Below, one piece after another: positions 40,610-48,574 of a stretch of 64,000 nt of DNA. The position numbers were made by a program, and so were the translations under genes. Below the pieces are notes generated by a model, which was not told the origin of the DNA, did no database searches, and was given only the letters and a program-made list of their open reading frames with translations. Source of the DNA: an uncultured Bacilli bacterium (GTDB lineage Bacteria; Bacillota_I; Bacilli_A; RF39; UBA660); NCBI GenBank assembly GCA_910589335.1, contig CAJUTW010000001.1:7972-71971 (forward strand). Reading direction: 5' to 3'. Every line of letters starts with the position of its first letter. Positions within the stretch are counted from its first letter, which is position 1.

Positions 40610-40759
40610 ATGAAAGCAGCTACAGGAGAATTAAATTTAACAGTAATTACTTTACTTGCTATTGCGGCAGTAATTGCATTTTTCTGGGCAATGTGGCCAA
40701 GTATTTCTGAAACAATTAATGGACAATGGACAAATATAAGTACATATGGAGCTAAATAG
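40610..40759 (+). CDS. Small (49 aa) Flp-type pilin candidate (absent from the ORF track)
   Basis: MKAATG/ELNLTVITLLAIAAVIAFFWAMW: short charged leader, Gly, then a hydrophobic helix. RBS AAGGATGG with an 8-nt spacer. Own consensus promoter. Position between tadC and tadE is typical of flp. Confidence 0.5.
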   Translation: MKAATGELNLTVITLLAIAAVIAFFWAMWPSISETINGQWTNISTYGAK

Positions 40760-40771
40760 GGGTGTTATTAG

Positions 40772-41215
40772 ATGAGAGATGGATTTGGAGGTATTTTAAA
40801 TATAGTTTTTATTGTAATATTTTTACTTATTGTAGAAGGTGTTTTAGGTTTAGTTGTTAATTATACTAAAGCTTTTAAGATGAAAAACAATGTTATTTCA
40901 ATGATAGAACAATATGAAGCTGCAGGTTGTTTTGAAAACTCAGGAAATAGTGCATGTGTTAAAAGAATAATTGATAAAGCTAAAGAAATAGGATACTCTC
41001 CTACCTCTCTTAACTGTCCTAGTGGGTATGATTCAGTTTACGATTTATTTTGTTATAGAGGGGAAATTGTAAAAAATACTGATAATTATACAAGTTCAAA
41101 ACCAACTGTATATAAAGTTGTAACTCAGGTAGATTTAAATTTACCACTTATAAGTAATATTTTAGGATTTAGTATTTTTCAGGTATCAGGAGACACTGAA
41201 GTTGTTGAGTCTTAA
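40772..41215 (+). CDS. TadE-like pseudopilin (paralog 1)
   Basis: MRDGFGGILNIVFIVIFLLIVEGVL TM plus NYTKAFKMKN, the TadE-like N-terminal domain pattern. Tandem paralog. Confidence 0.6.
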   Translation: MRDGFGGILNIVFIVIFLLIVEGVLGLVVNYTKAFKMKNNVISMIEQYEAAGCFENSGNSACVKRIIDKAKEIGYSPTSLNCPSGYDSVYDLFCYRGEIVKNTDNYTSSKPTVYKVVTQVDLNLPLISNILGFSIFQVSGDTEVVES

Positions 41216-41233
41216 TGGTTAGAAGGTGATTTT

Positions 41234-41677
41234 GTGCGTGATGCTTTGGGAGGAACAGTAGTTATTACAATAATTGTTATTTTTATAGTTTTTGTTTCAG
41301 CTTATTTAGCATTTAATGTTAATTATACTAAGGCTTTTAAGATGAAGAATAAAATTATTTCGACTTATGAGGAGTATAATGGTAAATGTGAAACTGATTG
41401 TAAAACAAAAATAAAAGAATATGCTGAAAGTATTGGTTATAAACCTAATCTTAATTGTGGTAGTTATGATGAAGACAGTAATGGATTATATTGTTATAAA
41501 TTAATGGAAGTTAAAAAGAATGCTTGTGATGAAGGATCTAAAAAATATTATAAAATTCAAACAAAAATTGATATAAGAGTTCCAATTGTTGATAGTATTT
41601 TAGGATTACAAGTTTTTGCTATAAGTGGAGATACAAAAGTATTTGAAGATAAATTTTCTTCTGGAAATTGCAAATAG
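41234..41677 (+). CDS. TadE-like pseudopilin (paralog 2)
   Basis: MRDALGGTVVITIIVIFIVFVSAYL plus NYTKAFKMKN. GTG start after AAGGTGA. Confidence 0.6.
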   Translation: MRDALGGTVVITIIVIFIVFVSAYLAFNVNYTKAFKMKNKIISTYEEYNGKCETDCKTKIKEYAESIGYKPNLNCGSYDEDSNGLYCYKLMEVKKNACDEGSKKYYKIQTKIDIRVPIVDSILGLQVFAISGDTKVFEDKFSSGNCK

Positions 41678-41707
41678 TATTTAAAATAAAAAGGATGTTG
41701 ATAAGGA

Positions 41708-42718
41708 ATGAATGTTATTGTAGCTAATACACAACAAAATGAGTTATCTAATTTAGATATTGATATTATAAAAAGTATTTCTGGTGTGTATGAGGCAGCA
41801 GAAATCGTTGAAATGTTTAAAAGTTTTTTTTATAGTAAGATGATTTTAGATGTTACTGCTATTAAACATTATAATGATTTAAAGACTTATGAGTTATTAA
41901 TTCAAGGTTTGGATCCTGAAAAAATAATTTTTTTATTACCTGAAGGAAGTGAACTATGTACTTCAAATTTTTTATCACATCTTATATCAATTGGTATTTA
42001 TAATTTTACAACTAATTTAAATGGTATAAAATTTTTATTAAAAAAGCCTAATACATTAAAAGATGTAGAACATATTAGAAAAATGGCTGGAATGGAAAAC
42101 TCTACAGAAACAGGAGCAAGTGTTGCTACTGTTACTACAAAAGTAGAAAGTGGAACAACTGTCATTGGTGTTAGAAATGTGACAGAACATGCTGGAGCTA
42201 CAACTTTCATATATATGTTAAAAAAAGAGTTAGCAATTGTTTATGGACAAGATAATGTAATTGCTATTGAAATTGATAAAAATGATTTTCAATTATTTAA
42301 TGATAAACATATGGTTTCTTGTAAACAGAGTGAAATTAAAAATATGTTTCAAAAATATAGTAATGCAACAATTATTTTAGTAGATCTTAATGGAAATGTA
42401 GAAGATGCATTCTGTGGAGAAGTTTTATATTTAGTAGAGCCTAGTACTTTAAGACTTAATAAAGTAGTTAGAAGAAATCGAAATTGTTTTAGTAAATTAG
42501 TTGGTAAAAAAGTTATTTTGAATCAAAGCTTACTTTTAAATAATGATGTTTTTGATTTTGAGAGTGAAGCAGGTATTAAAGTTTTTTATAATTTGCCGCC
42601 ACTTGATGAGCGAAAAAGAAATGCTATAATAAATGATTTTTTAACTAAATTAGGTTTATTTAATAAGAGTGTAAAAAACAATTCAGGAAATAAGATATTT
42701 GGATTGTTTAGACGCTAA
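41708..42718 (+). CDS. TadZ/CpaE-like pilus localisation protein with a degenerate nucleotide-binding motif
   Basis: N-terminal receiver-like region. ParA/MinD-like segment VIGVRNVTEHAGATTFIYMLKKELA lacks the canonical GK[ST]. Confidence 0.4.
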   Translation: MNVIVANTQQNELSNLDIDIIKSISGVYEAAEIVEMFKSFFYSKMILDVTAIKHYNDLKTYELLIQGLDPEKIIFLLPEGSELCTSNFLSHLISIGIYNFTTNLNGIKFLLKKPNTLKDVEHIRKMAGMENSTETGASVATVTTKVESGTTVIGVRNVTEHAGATTFIYMLKKELAIVYGQDNVIAIEIDKNDFQLFNDKHMVSCKQSEIKNMFQKYSNATIILVDLNGNVEDAFCGEVLYLVEPSTLRLNKVVRRNRNCFSKLVGKKVILNQSLLLNNDVFDFESEAGIKVFYNLPPLDERKRNAIINDFLTKLGLFNKSVKNNSGNKIFGLFRR

Positions 42719-42722
42719 TAAT

Positions 42723-42751
42723 TTGACAAATAATGATATATAGTGTATTAT
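42723..42751 (+). promoter_or_regulatory. Strong sigma-A-type promoter (TTGACA-N17-TATTAT)
   Basis: Consensus -35, 17-nt spacer, TG-adjacent -10, upstream of ORF 42776. Confidence 0.55.
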
Positions 42752-42775
42752 GTTAGTAGTGAAGGAGAGGTTTAG

Positions 42776-43114
42776 ATGTTAGATTTAGTACAAATTGGAA
42801 CAGATGCGTGTGGAGGATTATTACCTTTAGTAAAAGTAATATATGCAGCAATCAAGTTAGTTATGGTTATAATTCCTATTGCTTTAATTATATATGGAAC
42901 AATAGATTTAGGAAAAGCAGTTATTGCAAGTGATGAAAAAGAAGTTAAATCTGCTCAAAGTAGACTAATTAAACGTATGATTTACGCAGCTCTTATATTC
43001 TTTATTCCAATGTTAGTTGGTGTAGTTATGAATATCGTATCTGCTGGTGAACAAGGAGATACTGAAAGCTGGAATAATTGTTGGCAAGCTGTAACTGGTG
43101 GAGATAGTGAATAG
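42776..43114 (+). CDS. Small Cys-flanked two-TM membrane protein (VirB2/TrbC-like topology), family member 1
   Basis: TDACGG ... TM ... FFIP ... TM ... NCWQAV. Homologous to the N-terminus of the ORF 21918 NlpC/P60 protein and to the ORF 43188 C-terminus. Confidence 0.55.
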   Translation: MLDLVQIGTDACGGLLPLVKVIYAAIKLVMVIIPIALIIYGTIDLGKAVIASDEKEVKSAQSRLIKRMIYAALIFFIPMLVGVVMNIVSAGEQGDTESWNNCWQAVTGGDSE

Positions 43115-43163
43115 TAATAGTAATTATTGCTATTTTTTTTTTATTTTGATATACTTATTATGT

Positions 43164-43172
43164 TATAATGTA
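43164..43172 (+). promoter_or_regulatory. Extended -10 element (TGtTATAAT) after a hairpin/T10 terminator-like sequence at 43115-43160
   Basis: tgttataat precedes the GGAG RBS and ATG 43188. Confidence 0.35.
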
Positions 43173-43187
43173 TGCGGAGTGTGTTTT

Positions 43188-43715
43188 ATGCGAAAAAGAA
43201 TATTAGTATTATTAGTATTAATTATGTCGTTTATGTTAATTATTCCAATAGAAGCTGATGCTCTTCCTAGTAGAGAAATTAATAATAATGAGTTATCTGA
43301 AAATGTTTTTATGTTAACTAAAATAGATAATATGAAGAAGAAAAAGAAAAAAACAGAACCAATAACTGATATTGATGATGTTGATGATTTATTGGATGAT
43401 TATGATCAAGAACAGGATTGTAATGGGTCTAATTCTATCTTTGGAGATCCTGAAGATGAGGATTCTGTAGCATGGCTTTTACAACAGGCTTTAAATTATA
43501 TTAAAGTTATTGGACCAATTTTAGTTGTAATTTTAAGTAGTATAGATTTTGTTTATGTAATAGTTAAGAGTGATGATGAGGCAATGAAAAAAGCTACAAA
43601 GAAATTAACTTATAGAATTATTTTAGCTCTTCTTTTATTCTTTATTCCTACATTAGTTCAAGTAGCATTAGATTTATTTGGAATGGCAACTGATCCTACT
43701 TGTGGTTTACATTAA
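43188..43715 (+). CDS. Secreted-leader two-TM membrane protein (VirB2/TrbC-like topology), family member 2
   Basis: Signal peptide MRKRILVLLVLIMSFMLIIPIEADA, an acidic region, then QDCNG ... TM ... LLFFIPTLV ... TM ... PTCG. Confidence 0.55.
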   Translation: MRKRILVLLVLIMSFMLIIPIEADALPSREINNNELSENVFMLTKIDNMKKKKKKTEPITDIDDVDDLLDDYDQEQDCNGSNSIFGDPEDEDSVAWLLQQALNYIKVIGPILVVILSSIDFVYVIVKSDDEAMKKATKKLTYRIILALLLFFIPTLVQVALDLFGMATDPTCGLH

Positions 43716-43734
43716 ATAAAAAGAGGTGAATTTT

Positions 43735-45891
43735 ATGGGAGATAGTAATTTAGAAGTTTCTAGTGTTACTAATGATATTATTAGAAATTTATTTTCTACA
43801 TTAGATAAACCTGCTTATTGGTTATTAGGCTTAGTTTACCAATTGTTTTTTAATGTTGCTTCTGCTGATTTGTTTAGTAATCAAACAGTAATGAATTTTT
43901 ATAAAAGAATCCAATTGATTATTGGAGTTTTTATGATGTTTCAACTAGCTGTTACTATAATTAGAGGAATAGTTAATCCTGATACTTTTACGGATTCGAA
44001 AAATGGTGCAACTAATTTAATTAAGAGAGTAGCAATTTCTTTAGTTTTAATGACTCTCTTAGTTCCTATAAATATTCCGGGTGCAAAAAACGAATGGGAA
44101 AGACAGCTTAATAATCATGGGTTTTTATTTGGTGGTCTTTATTCACTACAACATAGAGTACTTAGTAATAATACATTAGGTAGACTTATACTTGGAAATG
44201 ATGATTCGGCTGAATCGTTTACTGAAAGTGATTTTAATGATGATGATAGTAGTTTAGCAAAGTCTGCTAGAATTTTTACATCGACGATTCTAAAAGGATT
44301 TTATAGAATAAATTTAATTCCTTATGAAGATCGTGTTCATAAAAAAGGTAGAGATGACGCTACTATAAATGAAAATAGAGTATGTAAAAATATGGATGAT
44401 GCAATACTAAATTCTTATACAAGACTTGATGCAGATCCTGGAGATATCATTGCTTTAGTTACATATGATTGTGAATATGAAGCAGCTGAATCTAATGCGA
44501 TACAAAATGTTATTAGTTTAATTAATAAGAAATGGGCTGGTCAGATGCGATATGGATTTGCTTATATGCCTTTTATATCAGCAATTGTTGCATTTGTATT
44601 TGTATTTATTCTTCTTAATTTTACTGTTGAAGTTGCTGTTCGAGCTGTTAAATTGGCTGTATTAAGATTAATTGCTCCAATACCTATTATTTCATATATG
44701 GATCCTAAAGGAGGAAAAGATTCTGCTTTCGGTTCTTGGGTTAAAACTTTAACGACAACTTATTTAGATTTATTTATAAGATTAGCTACTGTATACTTTG
44801 TGTTATTCTTAATACAAGATATGATAGTTAATGGTATTTATATTAATCAAGGAGAAGGAATTTTAGGGGTACTGTCATTTATCTTAATTTTAATTGGTTT
44901 ATTTGTTTTTGCAAAACAAGCACCTAAGTTTATTAAACAAGTTTTAGGAATAAAAGATGAAGGTGGTAAGTTCTTAAGTGGAATTAGTGATTTAGCTGCT
45001 GCTACTTCTATTGCTGCTGGAACTGTTGGTTCTGCTCTTAATAGTTTTCGTGCTGCTAAAGAAGAAAATGATGCTTTACATGAAGGCAGTGTACTTAATG
45101 GATTTAGAAATTTTGGTTCTGCAATAGCAGGTGCTATTGGTGGTGGAGCAGCTGGTGCTAAAGCCTTTATGGGAAAAGATGCTTCTGCTCAAGCTGTTAG
45201 AGCAGCTATGGATCAAAGAAATGCTATGCGTGCAGCTCATTCAACTGCTACAGGTAGACTTGCAAGTAATGCATATGGTTTGCTTCGAGGTGAATCTTTA
45301 GCAGCTAGAGATCAAGCTATATTAGAAGCTAATAAGGCAGCATCTACATCAATTAAAGCATTTAAAACAACAGCTGTGGAAGAGGCTATGAAAAAAGGAA
45401 GTTACGGAAACGTATCAACTGCTAATGATAGGTTTGGAAGATTAACAGGAATTAACTTTAATTATCGTCAATTGGAAGCTGCGATTAATACAAAGGATAA
45501 TAGTGGTAATTTTGATTATACAGATTCTACTGGAACTGTACATCATTTGAATGCTGCATGGTTTGATTCTTCAGTTATGGCTGATATTGAAGATAGTCAA
45601 ACAGCTAATTATTTAAAAAGTGATTATGATGAACATACTGGTAAATTTGCAAATAATAAACTTAATACTGATTGGCGTAATGCTAAACATGATATGTCAG
45701 AAGCTAAAATAGATTATCGTGGAAATTATCTTGGAGATATTGGAGCTGGTTCAGGAGTTAATATTAATGGTGCAGATTATGCTTATAAAGATATTGGTAA
45801 GAGCATAGGTGTTGCCAATGAAAATGTTGCTAATATGAATACAGATATGAAACATATTATGAATCGTGCTAATAGTCAAAACAAAAAATAG
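43735..45891 (+). CDS. VirB6/TrbL-like polytopic T4SS channel protein (ConG/TcpH-like) with a long Ala/Gly-rich C-terminal extension
   Basis: Periplasmic N-domain followed by at least five TM helices (FISAIVAFVFVFILL, LAVLRLIAPIPII, LATVYFVLFLIQDMIV, ILGVLSFILILIGLFVF). Confidence 0.6.
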   Translation: MGDSNLEVSSVTNDIIRNLFSTLDKPAYWLLGLVYQLFFNVASADLFSNQTVMNFYKRIQLIIGVFMMFQLAVTIIRGIVNPDTFTDSKNGATNLIKRVAISLVLMTLLVPINIPGAKNEWERQLNNHGFLFGGLYSLQHRVLSNNTLGRLILGNDDSAESFTESDFNDDDSSLAKSARIFTSTILKGFYRINLIPYEDRVHKKGRDDATINENRVCKNMDDAILNSYTRLDADPGDIIALVTYDCEYEAAESNAIQNVISLINKKWAGQMRYGFAYMPFISAIVAFVFVFILLNFTVEVAVRAVKLAVLRLIAPIPIISYMDPKGGKDSAFGSWVKTLTTTYLDLFIRLATVYFVLFLIQDMIVNGIYINQGEGILGVLSFILILIGLFVFAKQAPKFIKQVLGIKDEGGKFLSGISDLAAATSIAAGTVGSALNSFRAAKEENDALHEGSVLNGFRNFGSAIAGAIGGGAAGAKAFMGKDASAQAVRAAMDQRNAMRAAHSTATGRLASNAYGLLRGESLAARDQAILEANKAASTSIKAFKTTAVEEAMKKGSYGNVSTANDRFGRLTGINFNYRQLEAAINTKDNSGNFDYTDSTGTVHHLNAAWFDSSVMADIEDSQTANYLKSDYDEHTGKFANNKLNTDWRNAKHDMSEAKIDYRGNYLGDIGAGSGVNINGADYAYKDIGKSIGVANENVANMNTDMKHIMNRANSQNKK

Positions 45892-45914
45892 AATAAAGAG
45901 GAGTGTGAGATATA

Positions 45915-46226
45915 GTGAATTATTTAATTCCTGCTAATACGAAGAAGGGGCAATTAATATTAGGTTTATTTAGACCTTTTGATTTGGGATTGTTTGCAGG
46001 AGGAGTGTTGGTAACTGTAATATTACTAGCATTTCTTCCTTTAAATAATACGGCTGTTACTATTTTAATACTTAGTCCAGCTTTTATTACTGGTTTTTTA
46101 GTTATGCCAGTTCCTTATTATCATAATATGTTAAATATTATAGTCGAGATGTATGAGTTTTTTACGAATCGTCAGACTTATAGATGGAAAGGTTGGTGTT
46201 ATAAAAGTGTCCAAAAAAGGAAATAG
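45915..46226 (+). CDS. VirB3-like/PrgI-family small membrane protein
   Basis: 103 aa with two TM helices, immediately upstream of and overlapping VirB4. GTG start. Confidence 0.5.
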   Translation: MNYLIPANTKKGQLILGLFRPFDLGLFAGGVLVTVILLAFLPLNNTAVTILILSPAFITGFLVMPVPYYHNMLNIIVEMYEFFTNRQTYRWKGWCYKSVQKRK

Positions 46227-46758
46227 TAGTGGTTTTACTGAGGATTGGTTACCAGTTAGAGCCATTCAAAATAATATGATTATTACTCGTGATAATTTTA
46301 AAGTTAGTGGAGTAAAAATTTCTCCGCGAAATATATTTATTTTGGATCCGCAAATGCAAAATAATATGTTAGTTGCACTTAGAAATTTTTATAATACAAT
46401 TGATTATGAGTTTTGGTTAGTAGTTGCTGATAGACCAGTTGATATATCTGTATATATGTCACAGATGCAATTACTACTAAATGATACACAATCTCCTGCT
46501 GTTAGAAAGCTAATTATGCAAGATATACAAAAAGGGGAAACTTTTATTACTAATAATGTTGTTGATACTGAATATTATTTTATGTTTAAGTCAAAAGATC
46601 AAGATTTACTTATGAAGAGAGTTCGTCAAATGATTAATGGACTTGCAACGTGTGGATTGAATGCTTCACTTATTAGTAATTCAGATTTAAGATTAGTACT
46701 TGAAAACTTCCTAAATGGAGGTACTACTACAGAGTTTGGAACGGTGATGCCAGTATGA
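46153..46758 (+). CDS. virB4: VirB4-like ATPase, N-terminal segment (separate frame; true start uncertain, perhaps GTG 46207)
   Basis: Gram-positive VirB4 N-domain pattern (EDWLPVRAIQNNMIITRDNFKVSGVKISPRNIFIL...). Ends in an ATGA overlap with the next ORF. Confidence 0.6.
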   Translation: MSFLRIVRLIDGKVGVIKVSKKGNSSGFTEDWLPVRAIQNNMIITRDNFKVSGVKISPRNIFILDPQMQNNMLVALRNFYNTIDYEFWLVVADRPVDISVYMSQMQLLLNDTQSPAVRKLIMQDIQKGETFITNNVVDTEYYFMFKSKDQDLLMKRVRQMINGLATCGLNASLISNSDLRLVLENFLNGGTTTEFGTVMPV

Positions 46759-48545
46759 GTATAGGTTTAAGAAGTCAATTAGCTCCTAAGGGGTTACATT
46801 TTAATTCAAGTGATTTTATCATAAGTGATAAATATGCAACAATTTTAACAGTTGTTTCTTATCCAAAATATATTATGCCAGGATATTTATCTTCTTTAAC
46901 TAATATGTCAGGAATTAAGGTTGTTGTTAAACATATACCTGTTCCTTTTCAAGAAATGGCTAAAATGTTAAATAAACAAGTTGCTGATTTAAAAGAAAAA
47001 TATCAAACTGAAAGAGATCAAACTGTTCGTGAAAGAATTAGACAGGATGCAGAAAGTTTAGAATATTTTACTTCTATGCTTGCTGGTAGTCAGGCTCGTA
47101 TTTTTGATTTTCAAATGCATATTATGATTACAGCTGATACAAAAGAAGAACTTGAATTAAAGAAACTTAATGTTAGAAATTATTTAGATTCAATGGAGTT
47201 AAAAGCTATAGCTTTACGTTTTGAACAAGAAAAAGTATTAAAATCTATCTTACCTATTTTTCCTGCACAAGATGTTGAACAGAGAATTGGAACACCGATT
47301 CCTTCTGTAACTATTTCAGCAATGTACCCTTTTATTTTTGATAGTATAAAAGATCCAGGACTTTCAACTTTACTTGGAGTTGACTTTTCTGGAGGAGTTA
47401 TTTTATTTAATCAATTTTTATATAAAATACGTAAAGAAAATAATAGAAATAATGCTAATATGATTATTTTAGGTACATCGGGATCTGGAAAATCTACAGC
47501 AGCTAAATTAATGCTTAGAACTCATATTAGAAATGGATGTCAAATTGTAATAATTGATCCTGAAGATGAATTTAGAGAACTTACTCGTACATTTGGTGGA
47601 GATACAGTTGATATTGGAAAGGGTGGAGAATTTGGTTTAATTAATCCACTTGAAATTGTTATTGATGCTGATGAAGAAGAAATAAAACAAGGATTAGGTT
47701 ATACAGTTTTAACTAGAACTTTACAATTTTTAAAAGCATTTATGAAGTATTATGATCCTTCTATAGAAGAAGATGTATTAACAATGTTTTCTGAAATTGT
47801 ACAAGATACTTATAAAAGATTTGGAATAGATTTTAATGCTGATTTTTCAAGATATACATCAGCTGATTATCCTACTTTTAGTGATGTTTATGCAACTATA
47901 AAAGGTAGGCTTATGTCAATGACTGATCAAACACAAGAACGTGATATTATGGAAAGACTTGAATTAAAAGTTAGACCAATTGTTAAAGAATTGAAATTCT
48001 ATTTTGATGGTCATACAACAATTAGAAAAGATAGCGATTTCATGGTTTTTAATATAAAAGAATTAATGAACAGTGACTCAACTGTTAAAAATGCTTTATT
48101 CTTTAATGTATTAAAATATGCTTGGGGTCTTTGTTTAGATTTTAATGTTGATACAGTTTTAATGGTAGATGAGGCGCATGTTTTACTTGGAGATAATAAT
48201 GCATTAGGAGCTGATTTCTTGGCTCAAGTTCAACGTCGTGCTCGTAAGTATAATACAGGTACAATAATTATTACTCAACAACCTAGTGATTTTTCTAATC
48301 AAGCTGTTATAACACAAGGAAAAGCTATTTTTGATAATTCATCATATTATCTTGTTATGGGGCTTAAAAAACAAGCTGTTGAAGATTTATCTTTATTAAT
48401 AGATTTAAATGAAAGTGAAAAAGAAAGTATTAAACGTTATTCTCAAGGAGAGGCTTTATTCGTTTGTGGAAATAGGCGTATGAGAATTAATATTGCAGTT
48501 ACTCAAGAAGAGTTAGACTCTTTTGGAGTAGGTGGAGGTTTTTAG
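46755..48545 (+). CDS. virB4: VirB4-like T4SS ATPase, C-terminal segment (ConE/TcpF/PrgJ-type)
   Basis: Walker A GTSGSGKST, Walker B LMVDEAHVLL, IIITQQPSD motif. Confidence 0.85.
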   Translation: MSIGLRSQLAPKGLHFNSSDFIISDKYATILTVVSYPKYIMPGYLSSLTNMSGIKVVVKHIPVPFQEMAKMLNKQVADLKEKYQTERDQTVRERIRQDAESLEYFTSMLAGSQARIFDFQMHIMITADTKEELELKKLNVRNYLDSMELKAIALRFEQEKVLKSILPIFPAQDVEQRIGTPIPSVTISAMYPFIFDSIKDPGLSTLLGVDFSGGVILFNQFLYKIRKENNRNNANMIILGTSGSGKSTAAKLMLRTHIRNGCQIVIIDPEDEFRELTRTFGGDTVDIGKGGEFGLINPLEIVIDADEEEIKQGLGYTVLTRTLQFLKAFMKYYDPSIEEDVLTMFSEIVQDTYKRFGIDFNADFSRYTSADYPTFSDVYATIKGRLMSMTDQTQERDIMERLELKVRPIVKELKFYFDGHTTIRKDSDFMVFNIKELMNSDSTVKNALFFNVLKYAWGLCLDFNVDTVLMVDEAHVLLGDNNALGADFLAQVQRRARKYNTGTIIITQQPSDFSNQAVITQGKAIFDNSSYYLVMGLKKQAVEDLSLLIDLNESEKESIKRYSQGEALFVCGNRRMRINIAVTQEELDSFGVGGGF

Positions 48546-48574
48546 AAAATAGAAAAGAAGTAAGGTGATGTAGT

